A DNA stretch of 57,724 nt, filler included, from Malassezia furfur (lineage: Eukaryota): assembly GCA_052055015.1 (NCBI GenBank). It is 2 parts of 2 records of this genome, joined end to end, with 100 filler letters (N's around TTAATTAATTAA, not from the genome) between each part and the next. Parts side by side here need not be neighbours in the genome. Positions count along the whole stretch, not along the records: positions 29,138 to 57,724 come from JBQJIT010000109.1; 1 more part is not named here. The stretch is one strand, 5' to 3'. Shown piece after piece: positions 42,530 to 53,327 of the stretch. Under the pieces are notes generated by a model. It did no database searches and had not been told where the DNA came from. It saw only the letters and a program-made list of their open reading frames with translations. How positions within the stretch are numbered: the stretch's first letter is position 1; each line of letters begins with the position of its first letter. A program made the position numbers and the translations under genes.

Positions 42530-44446
42530 ATGGTCCAACACGCGAGAAAAGCACAGCAGGATGCGTCCCCGCTGCGGCGGATAACGCCGTGGAAGGTGGT
42601 CCTGGGCCTCGTCACCATCATGGTGCCACTCGTGGCGTACCTGGTAAATCGCGACATGAGTATGTCACGGCGCATGTCCGACCTGCTCGATGCATTCGAT
42701 TATCAATTGCCGGAGTTCAACTTCGAGGGACTCAAGTACGACTCCATGCTCCCTGCGGACGTCAAGGAGCACTTTGACAAGCTGTTCTCCGACTCGCGCC
42801 GCTGGTTCGAGACGCTCGACTTCCAGGTCGGTCGCTCGCTGGCCGCCGAGGGCGCCAAGCCCAAGCATCCCATGATTCTCATGCCGGGCATCGTTAGCAC
42901 TGGCCTCGAGTCGTGGACGACGTCGGAGGACGAGGCTGCGTACTTCCGCAAGCGCCTCTGGGGCTCGACGTCTATGATCCGCAACGTTCTGTTTGACAAG
43001 GAAAAGTGGGTCAAGCATCTCTCGCTCGACACCGTCACAGGCCTCGACCCGCCCGGCGTGCGTGTGCGGGCTGCCAAGGGTCTGGACGCTGCGAGTTACT
43101 TTGCTGCAGGCTACTGGATTTGGAGCAAAATCATTCAGAACCTCGCGGCGGTCGGATACGACATCAACATGATCTACCTGGCGGCCTACGACTGGCGTCT
43201 GAGCATGTACAATCTCGAGGAGCGCGACCACTTTTTCACCCAGGTCAAGACGCAGATCGAGCTCAGCACCAAGGTGTCGGGCGAAAAGACGGTGTTGTGT
43301 GCCCACAGCATGGGTTCGACCGTTGCTCTCTACTTCCTCAAGTGGGTCGAGCAGGAGGCCGGCGCCGAGTGGATTGACCAGCACATCGAGGGCTTCATTA
43401 ACATCGCTGGTACCATGCTGGGCGTCCCCAAGGCGATGGCTGCGCTACTCACGGGCGAAATGCGCGATACGGTCCAGGTGCCGCCGCTGCTCTCCTACCT
43501 GCTCGAGCGCTTCTTTAGCTCGAACGAGCGCGCTGCGCTTTTCCGCTCGTGGGCAGGGAGCGCCAGCATGCTGATCAAGGGCGGTGACGCCGTGTGGGGT
43601 AACGATACGGGCGCACCCGATGATCGCCCGGATGCACAGGTAACGCAGTCTCACATTTACGAGTATGCGGCGCGCGGCAATGTGTCCGAGGATGCCCACA
43701 CTCCGGAGGGATCGCAGTCGGTCCGGAGCGAAAAGTTTACCGCAGACCAGGCACTGCCTTGGCTGATGCAGCATGCCCCGAGCGACTTCCAAAAGATGGT
43801 CAAGACCAACTACTCCAATGGCATTGAGCGCGACCCGAAGCAAATCCAACGCAACAACAAGGATCAGACCAAGTGGACGAACCCACTTGAGGTCGCCCTG
43901 CCGAACGCGCCCAACCTCAAGATCTACTGTGTGTACGGCTGGGGCAAGCCGACCGAGCGCTCCTACTGGATCCGCAAGGGCCCCAACGCGTATTCCGACC
44001 ATACCCCCGGCATCGGGGGCAACCACACCGATGCGGGCAAGGACAAGCACCTCAGCAACCTCACGAGCGTCTTCCCGCACGTCCCGACGAACCGCATCGA
44101 CGCTCGGATCAACTTTGAGGATGCCGTGCCCAAGGTCGAGTCGGGCTGCCGCCTCGGTGAGGGTGACGGCACCGTGTCGCTCATTTCGCTCGGGTCGATG
44201 TGCGTGCATGGGTGGAACATGAAGCGCTACAACCCGGCCGGCATCAAGGTCGTCACGCGTGAGATCCTCCACCAGCCCGACGAGATGGACCTGCGCGGTG
44301 GCCCCAAGACGGGCGACCACGTTGATATCCTGGGCGCTCATGACCTCAACGATGTTGTGGTGCGTGTCGCTGTCGGCCGCGGCCACGAAGTCGAGGAAAA
44401 GATTCATTCGCCCATTCGCGAGTACGCCGCCAAGATCCAGTGGTAA
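42530..44446 (+). CDS. LRO1: Phospholipid:diacylglycerol acyltransferase
   Basis: PGIVSTGLESW, FRKRLWG, AAYDWRLS, AHSMG, GDGTV, HVDILG. Confidence 0.95.
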   Translation: MVQHARKAQQDASPLRRITPWKVVLGLVTIMVPLVAYLVNRDMSMSRRMSDLLDAFDYQLPEFNFEGLKYDSMLPADVKEHFDKLFSDSRRWFETLDFQVGRSLAAEGAKPKHPMILMPGIVSTGLESWTTSEDEAAYFRKRLWGSTSMIRNVLFDKEKWVKHLSLDTVTGLDPPGVRVRAAKGLDAASYFAAGYWIWSKIIQNLAAVGYDINMIYLAAYDWRLSMYNLEERDHFFTQVKTQIELSTKVSGEKTVLCAHSMGSTVALYFLKWVEQEAGAEWIDQHIEGFINIAGTMLGVPKAMAALLTGEMRDTVQVPPLLSYLLERFFSSNERAALFRSWAGSASMLIKGGDAVWGNDTGAPDDRPDAQVTQSHIYEYAARGNVSEDAHTPEGSQSVRSEKFTADQALPWLMQHAPSDFQKMVKTNYSNGIERDPKQIQRNNKDQTKWTNPLEVALPNAPNLKIYCVYGWGKPTERSYWIRKGPNAYSDHTPGIGGNHTDAGKDKHLSNLTSVFPHVPTNRIDARINFEDAVPKVESGCRLGEGDGTVSLISLGSMCVHGWNMKRYNPAGIKVVTREILHQPDEMDLRGGPKTGDHVDILGAHDLNDVVVRVAVGRGHEVEEKIHSPIREYAAKIQW

Positions 44447-44530
44447 ATAGGCGTGTACCCATAGCGAGCCCACGCTCCTCCACTCGACGGCCGCGCGCCG
44501 CACCGACGCCTCCACCACTGCGCCTTGGGC

Positions 44531-44997
44531 ATGGACGGCGCAGTGGACGCGTACGCGGTCCTGGGCATTGCCCGCGACGCGGATGCCGCAACGATGCGCG
44601 CGGCGTACTTGCGCCTTGCGCGTACGGTACGTGCTCTCGTACCCTGACGCAGCACCATCCCGACAAGGCGGCCCACGCCGACACACACGAGCGCATTCGG
44701 CTCATCAACGCCGCATACGAAACGCTGCGAGACCCTGCATTGCACGCAGCATACGAGGCGCGCCGTGCCGCGTACCTTGCGCAGGCAAATCAAGCACGTG
44801 CACCGCGCATCGCCGACTCGGTCGACGTCGACGCGCTGGACCTCGAGGGCGAGGGCGACGCCATGCGGTTGATTTACCCTTGCCGGTGTGGGCAACAGTA
44901 CGTCGTGACACCCGACGAGATCGCGCGTGGACAGGCTTATTTTGCGTGCACGGGGTGCTCCGAGGTGATCCGGCTGGTGTACGATAGGGAAGACTAG
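44531..44997 (+). CDS. DPH4: J-domain + CSL zinc-finger protein (diphthamide synthesis); intron 44627-44652
   Basis: YAVLG..AY..LART|HHPDK, YPCRCG, CTGCSEVI. Confidence 0.85.
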
Positions 44998-45002
44998 GGT
45001 AT

Positions 45003-47762
45003 CTATTCGAGCAGCCGCTTTGACGCAATTTCGTGCACCATGCGACGGCGGAGGTAGGGCATGTGTTGCTGCGCAAAGTTCCACACGTAGTCGTCAGCGT
45101 GGAGCAGGCGCTCGCGCCGCAGTTCCGTGGGGTCCGCGGCGTGGCAAAACTCGGGCGCACTCAGGGGTGGGGGCATCGGCTCCAGCGGGTCACGACGGCT
45201 CAGTTGCTCGAGCGTCTGGATGGCAAACACGCCGCAGTCGTACCCGTTGGCCTGTTGGGGCGACGTGTCACCTGCGAAATAGTCCTCCCAATCAGTCAGA
45301 TCGAGCTCGAGCTGCTTCTTGGCGCGCAGCTCTTCACGCAGGTAGGCACGCAGTGTACCAAACACGGCGGGCCGCGGAATGCCCATGCTGTCGTAGTACT
45401 CAAAGCGGCGCAAGCGCAGATTGATCGCGGCGCACACCCAGTGCGACTGCCCGAGATTGATGGGGAGCAGAATCAAGTCCTTGGTAAACAGGTCCACGCG
45501 GCGCGACCAGCGCTGCACGCCGGCAAAACCGCTGCTCTGCAGCTTTTGCCAAAAGAAGGACGAGAAAAAGTGTACGGACCAATAGGCACACGCATCACTC
45601 GGCAGCGCAGCGTGCTGCTCGCGTGCACGCTGGCGCACGGCCTCAGCATCGTTGGCGCGCTGCATGATGAGGTTCCCGTAGAAGTTGATCACCTCGTCGT
45701 TGAGCCACTGGCCGGGGCGCAACTTGGCCAGGTCGTGCGCCTCGACCTGTGCGCCGGTCATGCTCGCAATCACGCCACGCCGCTGGAACATGGAGCGCAC
45801 CTCGGCCTCGAGCGGCTCCGGCAGCGCGGCAGGCAGCGGCGCGCGGCCCAAAATGCCGTGCTCGGCGCGTCGCTTCTCGCGCTCGGCCCGTGCACGCGCC
45901 AACCGTTCCTCCTCGGGGACACGGGGCGGCGGAAGGCGCATACGAGCATGTGCTTCGCGCGCGCGGAGCGCTTCAAGGGTACGCTGGGTATAAGCCTGTT
46001 CGTCAAAAGCCTCTGCGGCGGCGCGCGGCGCCAGGCGCTGCGACTCGAGGTCCAGCAGGCGCTGTACACGCATACGCTTCTTGACGAGGCTCTGGAAGTC
46101 TTCAAATGCCGCCGGAGACTTGGCGCCATGCGCCATGGCGCGGTACGTTTCGTAGATCATCGAAGCGATACGCGCATGTTGCCGACTCTGGATGCTCGCC
46201 TTGAACTCCTCGTTTCCAAGCGGCGCTTTGCGGCGCATGCTCAGCGACGATGCAGGGCGCGTAGGGTAGCGCATGTCGCGCGCTTGGAAACCCATGCGCT
46301 TGGTCGCAGGTGAGATGCGGAACAGGCGCTTGGGCACATCGCCTTGGCGTACCGAGCCGAAGTTAGGGCTAAACTGCGACCTGCGCGGCGCGTGAAGGGA
46401 GAGCGAGGCAAAGCGTTGTGTGGGAGACGTGCCTCGGGGCGAAGTCGCAAGAGGGGGCGAAGGTGCTGACGGGGAAGCGGCGGCTGGGGAGGGCTCGTCT
46501 TCAGAGTCGTCAATGACCACGACTTCGGAGATGGGTTGGCGCGCAGGGACAGGTTGAGCGTCTGGGCCAGAATTCTCGTCCCATTCTCCGACATCCTCCT
46601 CGCTGTATTCGGCGGGGTCGGTCTCTGCTTCGTCCGAGCTCACGTCCTTTGAGACGTCTTCAGACTCGTCGACATCTTCCTCTTCCTCTTCCTCCTCTTC
46701 CTCCTCTTCCTCCTCGTTCTCCTCGCCCTCCTCTTCTCCCTCCTTTCCTTCCTCTTCATCCTCCTCCTCCTCTTCCTCTTCGTCTTCCTCCCCTTCCTCT
46801 TCCTCTTCTTCTTCCTCGTCTTCTTCCTCTTCGCCTTCCACGTCCTCCTCTTCCTCCTCCTTTTCTTCCTCTTCGCCCCTTTCCTCGTCCTCTTCTTCCT
46901 CAGCGTCTTCCTTCTCTTCTTCCTTCTCTTCTTCCTTCTCTTCTTCCTTCTCTTCTTCCTTCTCTTCGTCCTTCTCTTCGTCCTCCTCTTCTCCCTCTTC
47001 TTCTTCCTTGGCTTCTTCCTCTTCCTCTTCTTCCTCTTCCTCTTCCTCTTCCTCGTCCTCTTCCTCCTCTTCCTCGTTTTCATCTTGCGCGGTTTCTTCC
47101 TCAGACACTTGCTGCTCGTATATTTCCTCATCGCCATTCTCAGCCCCTTTGTTCTCCTCCGCAGCGCCTACACTCCCTTCTCCTTCCGTCCGCTCTTGGA
47201 CGTGCTCCATTTCTGACCAAGTCACTTGCTTGGTCTGGTGCGTTTCTTTGTGCTCGTCTTGCGCAGCCAAATCCTTTGCAACAGCTTCCAGGCCGTCGTC
47301 CATCGGAAGCAGATCGACTGTGTTGTGTGTAGCAGTGCTGTGTACAGTCTTTTCCGTGGAAGCAGACGTAGACAATCCAGAAACACTCTGTTCCGGAGAC
47401 GCCATGTCGTCTTGTGCATCATCTGCTGTCGACTCTGGTTCTTGGTTGGAAGGATGCTGTATAAAGGCCTCGCCTGGGTTGAGCGCAGATTCCGTCGCGT
47501 CGGCGGACGTGATACCAGCCTGTTTGACTTGCTCTGTATCTGTTTGCACATCCTTTTCTGCTGTGCTCTCTGTGTCGTTACCTGAGTCTTGCGTCGGCAT
47601 ACCGTCCACCGACTCTTCGGTCGCGCGCCGTTTCCGTCGTGGGTGTGCGACTGTGTCGGCCAATGCGACCAGATGCCCCCACCACCGATTCAGAAATGAC
47701 GGCTTGCTCGGAATTTCGGGGTGTACGCTCGACTCGGTCGACGATCGAATCCGTTTTGGCAT
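45003..47762 (-). CDS. ULP1: SUMO protease (Ulp1 family) with long Glu-rich tract
   Basis: WLNDEVINFY, FSSFF, SHW, YYDSM, PQQANGYDCGVF; start inferred at MPKRIRS. Confidence 0.88.
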   Translation of the reverse strand: MPKRIRSSTESSVHPEIPSKPSFLNRWWGHLVALADTVAHPRRKRRATEESVDGMPTQDSGNDTESTAEKDVQTDTEQVKQAGITSADATESALNPGEAFIQHPSNQEPESTADDAQDDMASPEQSVSGLSTSASTEKTVHSTATHNTVDLLPMDDGLEAVAKDLAAQDEHKETHQTKQVTWSEMEHVQERTEGEGSVGAAEENKGAENGDEEIYEQQVSEEETAQDENEEEEEEDEEEEEEEEEEEEEEAKEEEEGEEEDEEKDEEKEEEKEEEKEEEKEEEKEDAEEEEDEERGEEEEKEEEEEDVEGEEEEDEEEEEEEEGEEDEEEEEEEDEEEGKEGEEEGEENEEEEEEEEEEEEEDVDESEDVSKDVSSDEAETDPAEYSEEDVGEWDENSGPDAQPVPARQPISEVVVIDDSEDEPSPAAASPSAPSPPLATSPRGTSPTQRFASLSLHAPRRSQFSPNFGSVRQGDVPKRLFRISPATKRMGFQARDMRYPTRPASSLSMRRKAPLGNEEFKASIQSRQHARIASMIYETYRAMAHGAKSPAAFEDFQSLVKKRMRVQRLLDLESQRLAPRAAAEAFDEQAYTQRTLEALRAREAHARMRLPPPRVPEEERLARARAEREKRRAEHGILGRAPLPAALPEPLEAEVRSMFQRRGVIASMTGAQVEAHDLAKLRPGQWLNDEVINFYGNLIMQRANDAEAVRQRAREQHAALPSDACAYWSVHFFSSFFWQKLQSSGFAGVQRWSRRVDLFTKDLILLPINLGQSHWVCAAINLRLRRFEYYDSMGIPRPAVFGTLRAYLREELRAKKQLELDLTDWEDYFAGDTSPQQANGYDCGVFAIQTLEQLSRRDPLEPMPPPLSAPEFCHAADPTELRRERLLHADDYVWNFAQQHMPYLRRRMVHEIASKRLLE
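46660..47100 (-). repeat. Low-complexity Glu-rich coding tract (polypyrimidine on +), including 12-bp EEEK-type units
   Basis: Directly visible TCC/TTC runs. Confidence 0.95.
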
Positions 47763-47843
47763 CCCAGGCACGCCGGGGGACCACCTCGACGCGGTAGGGA
47801 GAGAGGCGCGACGGAACTCCACGCGCGCCTCCTCTTCCTCCAC

Positions 47844-50248
47844 ATGGACGCTCGGGGCAGCGGGCTGCAGGACGACGGTGGGGAACGCGCAGCGGTGTTT
47901 GTCGCGACACTCGTTCCTTCTGACGGCACCACACATGAAGTAGAGGCGAAGTTGATCCAGGCGATCCATACGCGATGCACGGCGCCGCCCCCCGCGGGCG
48001 CGGGTGGCTACGTGTGGCACCGCGAAGCGCCCGTCGTCATGCCGAGTGATGACGCGGCAGACCCACCCGGCACCGTACAGGTCCGAATGCGTGTACAGGA
48101 CAGTGTCGATGACGAGTGGTTTATGACCTATATCTTGCGCACACTAACTCAGTCCGTGCCAGGCCTGTGCGTGCGCGTCGAAGATGAAGATGGCGAGTTT
48201 CTTCTGATCGAAGCGGCACACGAACTGCCCAAGTGGGTGAGCCCCGAAAACGCCACAAACCGTGTATGGGTCTACAACGATGCACTGCATCTCATCCCCC
48301 TTGAGCATACCACCGATGCCCCACACGACGACGAGCACGAAGCGTACCTGTCGGTCGCCGATGCCGTACAACTCGTGCGCAATGCACAAGTGCCCACGCA
48401 GGCGCCTGACACTGTCCAGGCCGCGGCCTTTGCACGCCTCGAAGGATACCCCACGGCGGCAGCGAGTCATCGCCACCGCACACTCGCGCTGGTGCCGCGG
48501 TCGGCCGCGCGGATTTTGCTGGGCCATCCCCAGATGGTCGCCGAGGCGGTCCATGCGTTGACGAGCCGTGACGTGGTGAGCATGCGTGCAGTGGAGCGCG
48601 CAGAGCGCTTCCGTATAGTGCCGCAGGACGAGATCGTCCCTGCGCAGGACGTCGTCCTCATACCCGTGTGTATGACACAGCACCTATATGCTCAACTGTC
48701 GCACGACCGCTTCTTCCCTCCCAAAGCGTACGGCGAGCGATGGCGGCATGCCGTTGAGCAGTACCGGCTCTATCTAAGCGGCACCGAGCGCGCATCCCGT
48801 GTGAGCGAAGAGCAGGCAACATGGGGCCGCTGGTGCGACACAGGCGCTAAACTCACCGCCGGCCTCGAGCTCGCGTGGGCCACCAAGAGCGCACGCGCCG
48901 CCCACGCCGCCGAAAAGCACGACACGGCGGCTGACGCGGCACTGATGGCATCGCTCACAACACAGGGGTACTTTGGCGCTGCAGCGCCGCACAGCGACCG
49001 CTGGAACGAACTGGCCCGTGAGGCGCGTACATTGGCAGCACCGCACGGCGACGACGCCTCGCTCTCGTTGCATGCGCTGCGCGCGACGCTCGAGGCGCAG
49101 CCGGAAACGCTCGTGCAGCAAGCGGCCCTCCCGTTCGAAGTGGGTGCAAGCCGCGCCGCAGAAGACAGCGAGGCGTGGCTAGCCGAGGTGCCCAAAGAGC
49201 TCGACGCGCTCGCAGAGCCAGGCACCAATGCAGAGGACCAGACCATGGATCGGCTGGGCACGTTCTTGACGAAAATGAACGAGTTCCTCCATGGCGAAGG
49301 CGATGTCGAGGGCGCCATGTTTGACGATGACACGTTTGAGGATGACGACGAGGCCGGCGACGACGACGACGACGAGGCGGACGAGGGCAATGCACAGCGT
49401 ACAACCGACCACCTTGTTGAGCCCGTGCCTCTGTCTGAATGGGGTGCAGCGAATGCTCAACGCGATGCCGAAGCACACGATACGCCACCTGCGCCGCGTG
49501 CGGCCGAAACGGCGCCGGTGCCGGCGCCCATCGACCGACCACGAGAGGCGAGGCTCCAAGGCTTTTCGTCCAAGGAGCACTACGAGGGCGACAGCGACAG
49601 CGAGGGCTCGCTGCAGGGCGACGAGCACGATACACACGAAGAGCGCACCGACCGCCACCGGTGGCTCGAGTTGGACGAGGCGCCGGAAGAAGAGGACGGC
49701 GTCGATATGGCGAACGAGCTCGACGGATTCCTCGACTTTACGCGCAAGGCGCTGGGACTGTCGGATGCGCAGTACGCGCAGATCCTGGACGAGCGAAAGG
49801 AGCGGGGGGGTACGTGCTCACCACTTACGCAGCCTATGTTCCGGCACACACGCAGCCGGCCGCGTCTACCTTGTCGCCGCGCGCGTCAGCGCCCAATACG
49901 CAGCTGGACTCGTTCGATACGGTGCTGGCCGCAATGGAGAATGAGCTCGCCAATGAGCGCGCCAAGCGTATGCCGGAGGAGGAGCCTGCAGACATGGAGG
50001 AAGACGAGGAGCTGGGCGAAGAGGACGCCGAGCTGCTCCAGCAGCTGTTGGCGTCCGGCGCCTCGATCCCCGAGAGCCTCCAACGCTTTGCGGACACGAG
50101 CGGCGCGAGCAGCACCGAGATCGACGCGTTCGCCAACTTCCTCGAGAGCTTCAAAGCACAAAACGGCGGCGCGGGGCCGCTGTCCAACCTCGCCGGGCGC
50201 CTCGGCGTGGGGTCACTGCCACGCGACGCCGACGGACGCCCTTCATAG
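47844..50248 (+). CDS. Ecdysoneless (ECD/hSGT1)-family protein; intron 49810-49832
   Basis: YVWHRE, DSVDDEWF, DEDGEFLLIEAAHELPKW, NRVWV, NFLESFKAQ..GAGPLSN. Confidence 0.85.
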
Positions 50249-50278
50249 TGCCACGTGGGTATACCGGTTTCTTTACCG

Positions 50279-50592
50279 ACGAGCATGAGGCGACGGGGCG
50301 CCAGTGTAGCCCCTGTCCCTCGCGGCGCACTTTGGTGCGTGCGCGATGCTCGTAGAGTGACGCTGTCTGTTGAATGTGCCCGGCTACGCTTCGGCGGATG
50401 ATCCGACGCATAATTGTTGACAGCAACAATTGGACCTGTGCGGTCGTCAACGCGCTGTACGGGCGGCGAGGAAACGGCGCAGCGGCTCGCCCCGCTGTGA
50501 CAAGCCCGGTTGTTCATACGCCAGTCTGTTTATTGCACGCTGAGTGTTTGCACACCTCTCGTATGCGCGCCACACGCGTCAGGTCCACACAG
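50279..50592 (+). ncRNA. Candidate long box H/ACA snoRNA
   Basis: Intergenic with several helices; terminal hairpin GGACCTG/CAGGTCC followed directly by ACA (50587-50589); internal loop resembling a pseudouridylation pocket; folded by eye only. Confidence 0.55.
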
Positions 50593-50631
50593 GCCCTGGG
50601 TACCTTTCCGTAGATGCAGTCGCGCTATCTT

Positions 50632-51531
50632 CTACTTCTTCTCCTTGTCCTCCTCCTTAGGCTTCGGCGGCACAAGCTTATACTCGTTCGGCTTGTAGGA
50701 TGCACCCTCGCCCACCTGCTCCCAGGGCGACACCGAGTCAAAGTTGCGGTGGGCCTGCATGAGCTGCACAGGCTCCGACACAACACGCTTCTTCTCCTCG
50801 TCCCAGCGCACCTCGGTGTAGCCGGTGAGCGGGAAGTCCTTGCGGAGCGGGTGGCCCTCGAAGCCGTAGTCGGTCAGGATACGCCGGAGATCGGGGTGGC
50901 CAACGAAGAAGATACCAAACATGTCCCATGCCTCGCGCTCAAACCAGTCCGCGCTGCGGAAGAGACCCGTGACACTCGGCACGGGCGTCACCTCGTCCGC
51001 GTACGTCTTGACACGCAGACGCGCGTTGTTGCGGATACTCAGCAGGTGGTACACCACCTCGAAGCGCTGCGAGCGCGACGGGTAGTCGGCGCCCGAGATG
51101 TCCATGAGCGACTTGTATTGCGTCAGGGTGTGGTCACGCAGGAAGGACATCACGGGGATCACGCCCGAGGGCGCGACGTGCAGCGTGATCTCGTCCTTGT
51201 ACACGCTGAACTGCTGGATATAACGGGGGAGTGCTGTGTGAGAAAGCGCCGCCATAAGCCGACGTACCAGACAGAATCCAGCTCGCGTAGTCGTGCAGCG
51301 GCTGCTGCATCTTTCCGTACACCTCCATCGGGTTCATGTTGGCGCGTTCCACAAACGGCGTGTCGAGCATGACTGGGTGAGTAGACCGAACCTACCCTTG
51401 TCGCCCTGCTCACGGACGAGCTTGGTGGTGCTCAGACTACGCACGGCACACGCCGCACGGCCCGAGGAGCGCATTGCCGAAGCGGCGTAGCTCGGCTTCG
51501 CGAGCCTCATCAAGTTGCGCGCAGCCGCCAT
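50632..51531 (-). CDS. NDUFS3: NADH:ubiquinone oxidoreductase 30-kDa subunit; introns 51373-51395, 51234-51267
   Basis: [46 protein letters not shown]. Confidence 0.96.
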
Positions 51532-51641
51532 TGCGTACACACGAAGGATCAAGTTGGGCGGGACATTTGCAATCGCCGGTGTAGCTGACCAATAGGAAAT
51601 TACGTAATACAACGCCGCGTGGCCGCTCGTCGTCCGCCGCG

Positions 51642-52386
51642 ATGGAGATGGCGCCGACGGAACGGACGGGCGCGCGGCCTGTGGAGCAGCAGCTCCCGTA
51701 CACTGATGCGCTCCCTTACTATGACAGGGAGATTGATACCATTCCTCAGATGCGCGAGCTCGTCGATCAAGAGATCGAGGCCGAAAAGAAGCTCCTGAAC
51801 TACGATCCACAAACGCTGCTTCCCCCGGAGCACGCCGTCTCGCCGCTGCTCGCCGAGGAGCTCGCCCGCGCCGAGCGTGGAGAAAAACTGGACGCGCTGG
51901 ACACGTCGAGATACCAACTGGATGCCCCCGCTCAGGGGCTCAAGGCGCCGGAAGAGGCGTGGGAACAGAGCGTCCGAAACGCCGAAGTGCAGCTCGCGCA
52001 CATGGACGGACGGTACGTGCGCACCAACTGATGCAGGTTGAAAAACATCGAACTGCTTCGGCGGTATGGACGTACGTGGACCCCCTCACCCAGCGAATGT
52101 ATGGCGCTTGCACAACTACGATCAGGAGGCCATGCTCCAACTCCAGACCCAGGCAGGGAAAACAGTGGAGGAGACGACTACCGAGGTGAACCGCGCGCGG
52201 AAAGAGGCGCAGCTCGCCATCGGCGACAAGCTGTCTACACTCGAGTCGCGCTGGGCCGCACTTGTCTCCAAAAACCTCTCGATCCGCGCCGCGAACCTCA
52301 CCGCGGCCGCCGAGATCGAAGACTATCAGCGGCGCGCGCGCGAAGTTGAGCGCGAACTCGCGCAGCTCGATGCGGCTAATGCATAG
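51642..52386 (+). CDS. SPF27: Pre-mRNA splicing factor SPF27/BCAS2 (Prp19 complex); introns 52013-52036, 52072-52093
   Basis: DALPYYD, LDTSRY, NIELLRRYG|PNVWRLHN, VNRARKEAQ, LESRW. Confidence 0.88.
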
Positions 52387-52410
52387 TTACTGTACATCCT
52401 ACTTGATTGT

Positions 52411-53209
52411 TCACGCAGACGTGCCCTTCGGAGCGCTGCGCAACAAATCCAAAAAGTTGCTCTTGCTCAGCTCGTTGACAGCACGCTCCGAATTGCCCAG
52501 TGCGTTGGTCTTGTTGCTCTTGCGCTTGAGCGCACGCGCTTTGTCCACGTCGTCGACCGACGTCTCTTGCGCCGCACGGATCGCATTGAACAGCTTCACA
52601 ACACCACGCTGGGCAACTTTGCGCAGGCGGCGCTCGTATCCCTTGGCGCCGCCCTGCTCGGTCCATTCGATCATCTGCGGCGTGTTTTGGTCGACCGTCT
52701 GGCCCGGCAGGACACCCGGGGGTAGCCAGTCGCCGATCACGTCGCGCACATGAGCACGCTCCTCACGCTCGCGTCTCTTTTCGAGAGCCATGCGCGCCGC
52801 CTTTGCGCGCAACGTCGTGCTGTTGGCCGTGCGGCGCACGCTCGGGGCGAGCGACAGAATCGAGGAGGTTGTGGGCTTCGGAGTTGCGGCCTCCTTGCCG
52901 CCCAACAGGCCCTCCATTACCTCACCGAACTGCGTAGGTGATACGGCCCTTCGCTTGCGTTCTGTGTCAGTTGGTCGCGCACGTACTGGTCGTCTTCTTG
53001 CTATGCGTGTCGCCCTGCGCATCCCAGTCCTCTTCGGTATCGTATGCGTCGTCCTCGGCCTCGTCGTCCTGCGACAGGACCTCATCGCTGATTGCCTCAT
53101 CCGAGTCCTCTTTTGTGCTGGCTTTGCGCTTCTGCGATGCCTTTTGGGACGCCGCGCCCTGCGCGAGCGACACGCGCAGCTTCGATGCGCCCGGTGCCGA
53201 TTTCGCCAT
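52411..53209 (-). CDS. RRP15: Pre-60S factor Rrp15; intron 52962-52986
   Basis: ERRLRKVAQRGVVKLFNAIRAAQ, LSKSNFLDLL. Confidence 0.88.
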
Positions 53210-53327
53210 TCCGCCACGCAAAAAGCCCTCGTGCCAAATAAAAAAACTTCCCCGGTACCCCACGTGATCTGGCGTCCCGGCCAACGTAGCGCGGAGTTGA
53301 GGTGTTCAACGATTAACGACGACTGCC

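Noticed and set aside
30637..44446. Lipid/GPI gene cluster (GPI14, PIG-Y-like, acyl-CoA dehydrogenase, LRO1)
   Set aside because: Interspersed with unrelated genes, different pathways and no shared regulatory signal; expected by chance in a compact genome
50257..50605. Structured region as U1, U3, SRP, RNase P/MRP or telomerase RNA
   Set aside because: Lacks the U1 5' ACTTACC, U3 box A, RNase P/MRP CR-I/CR-V and any evident telomeric template; only isolated short matches (ATTGCAC, AGAGTGA)
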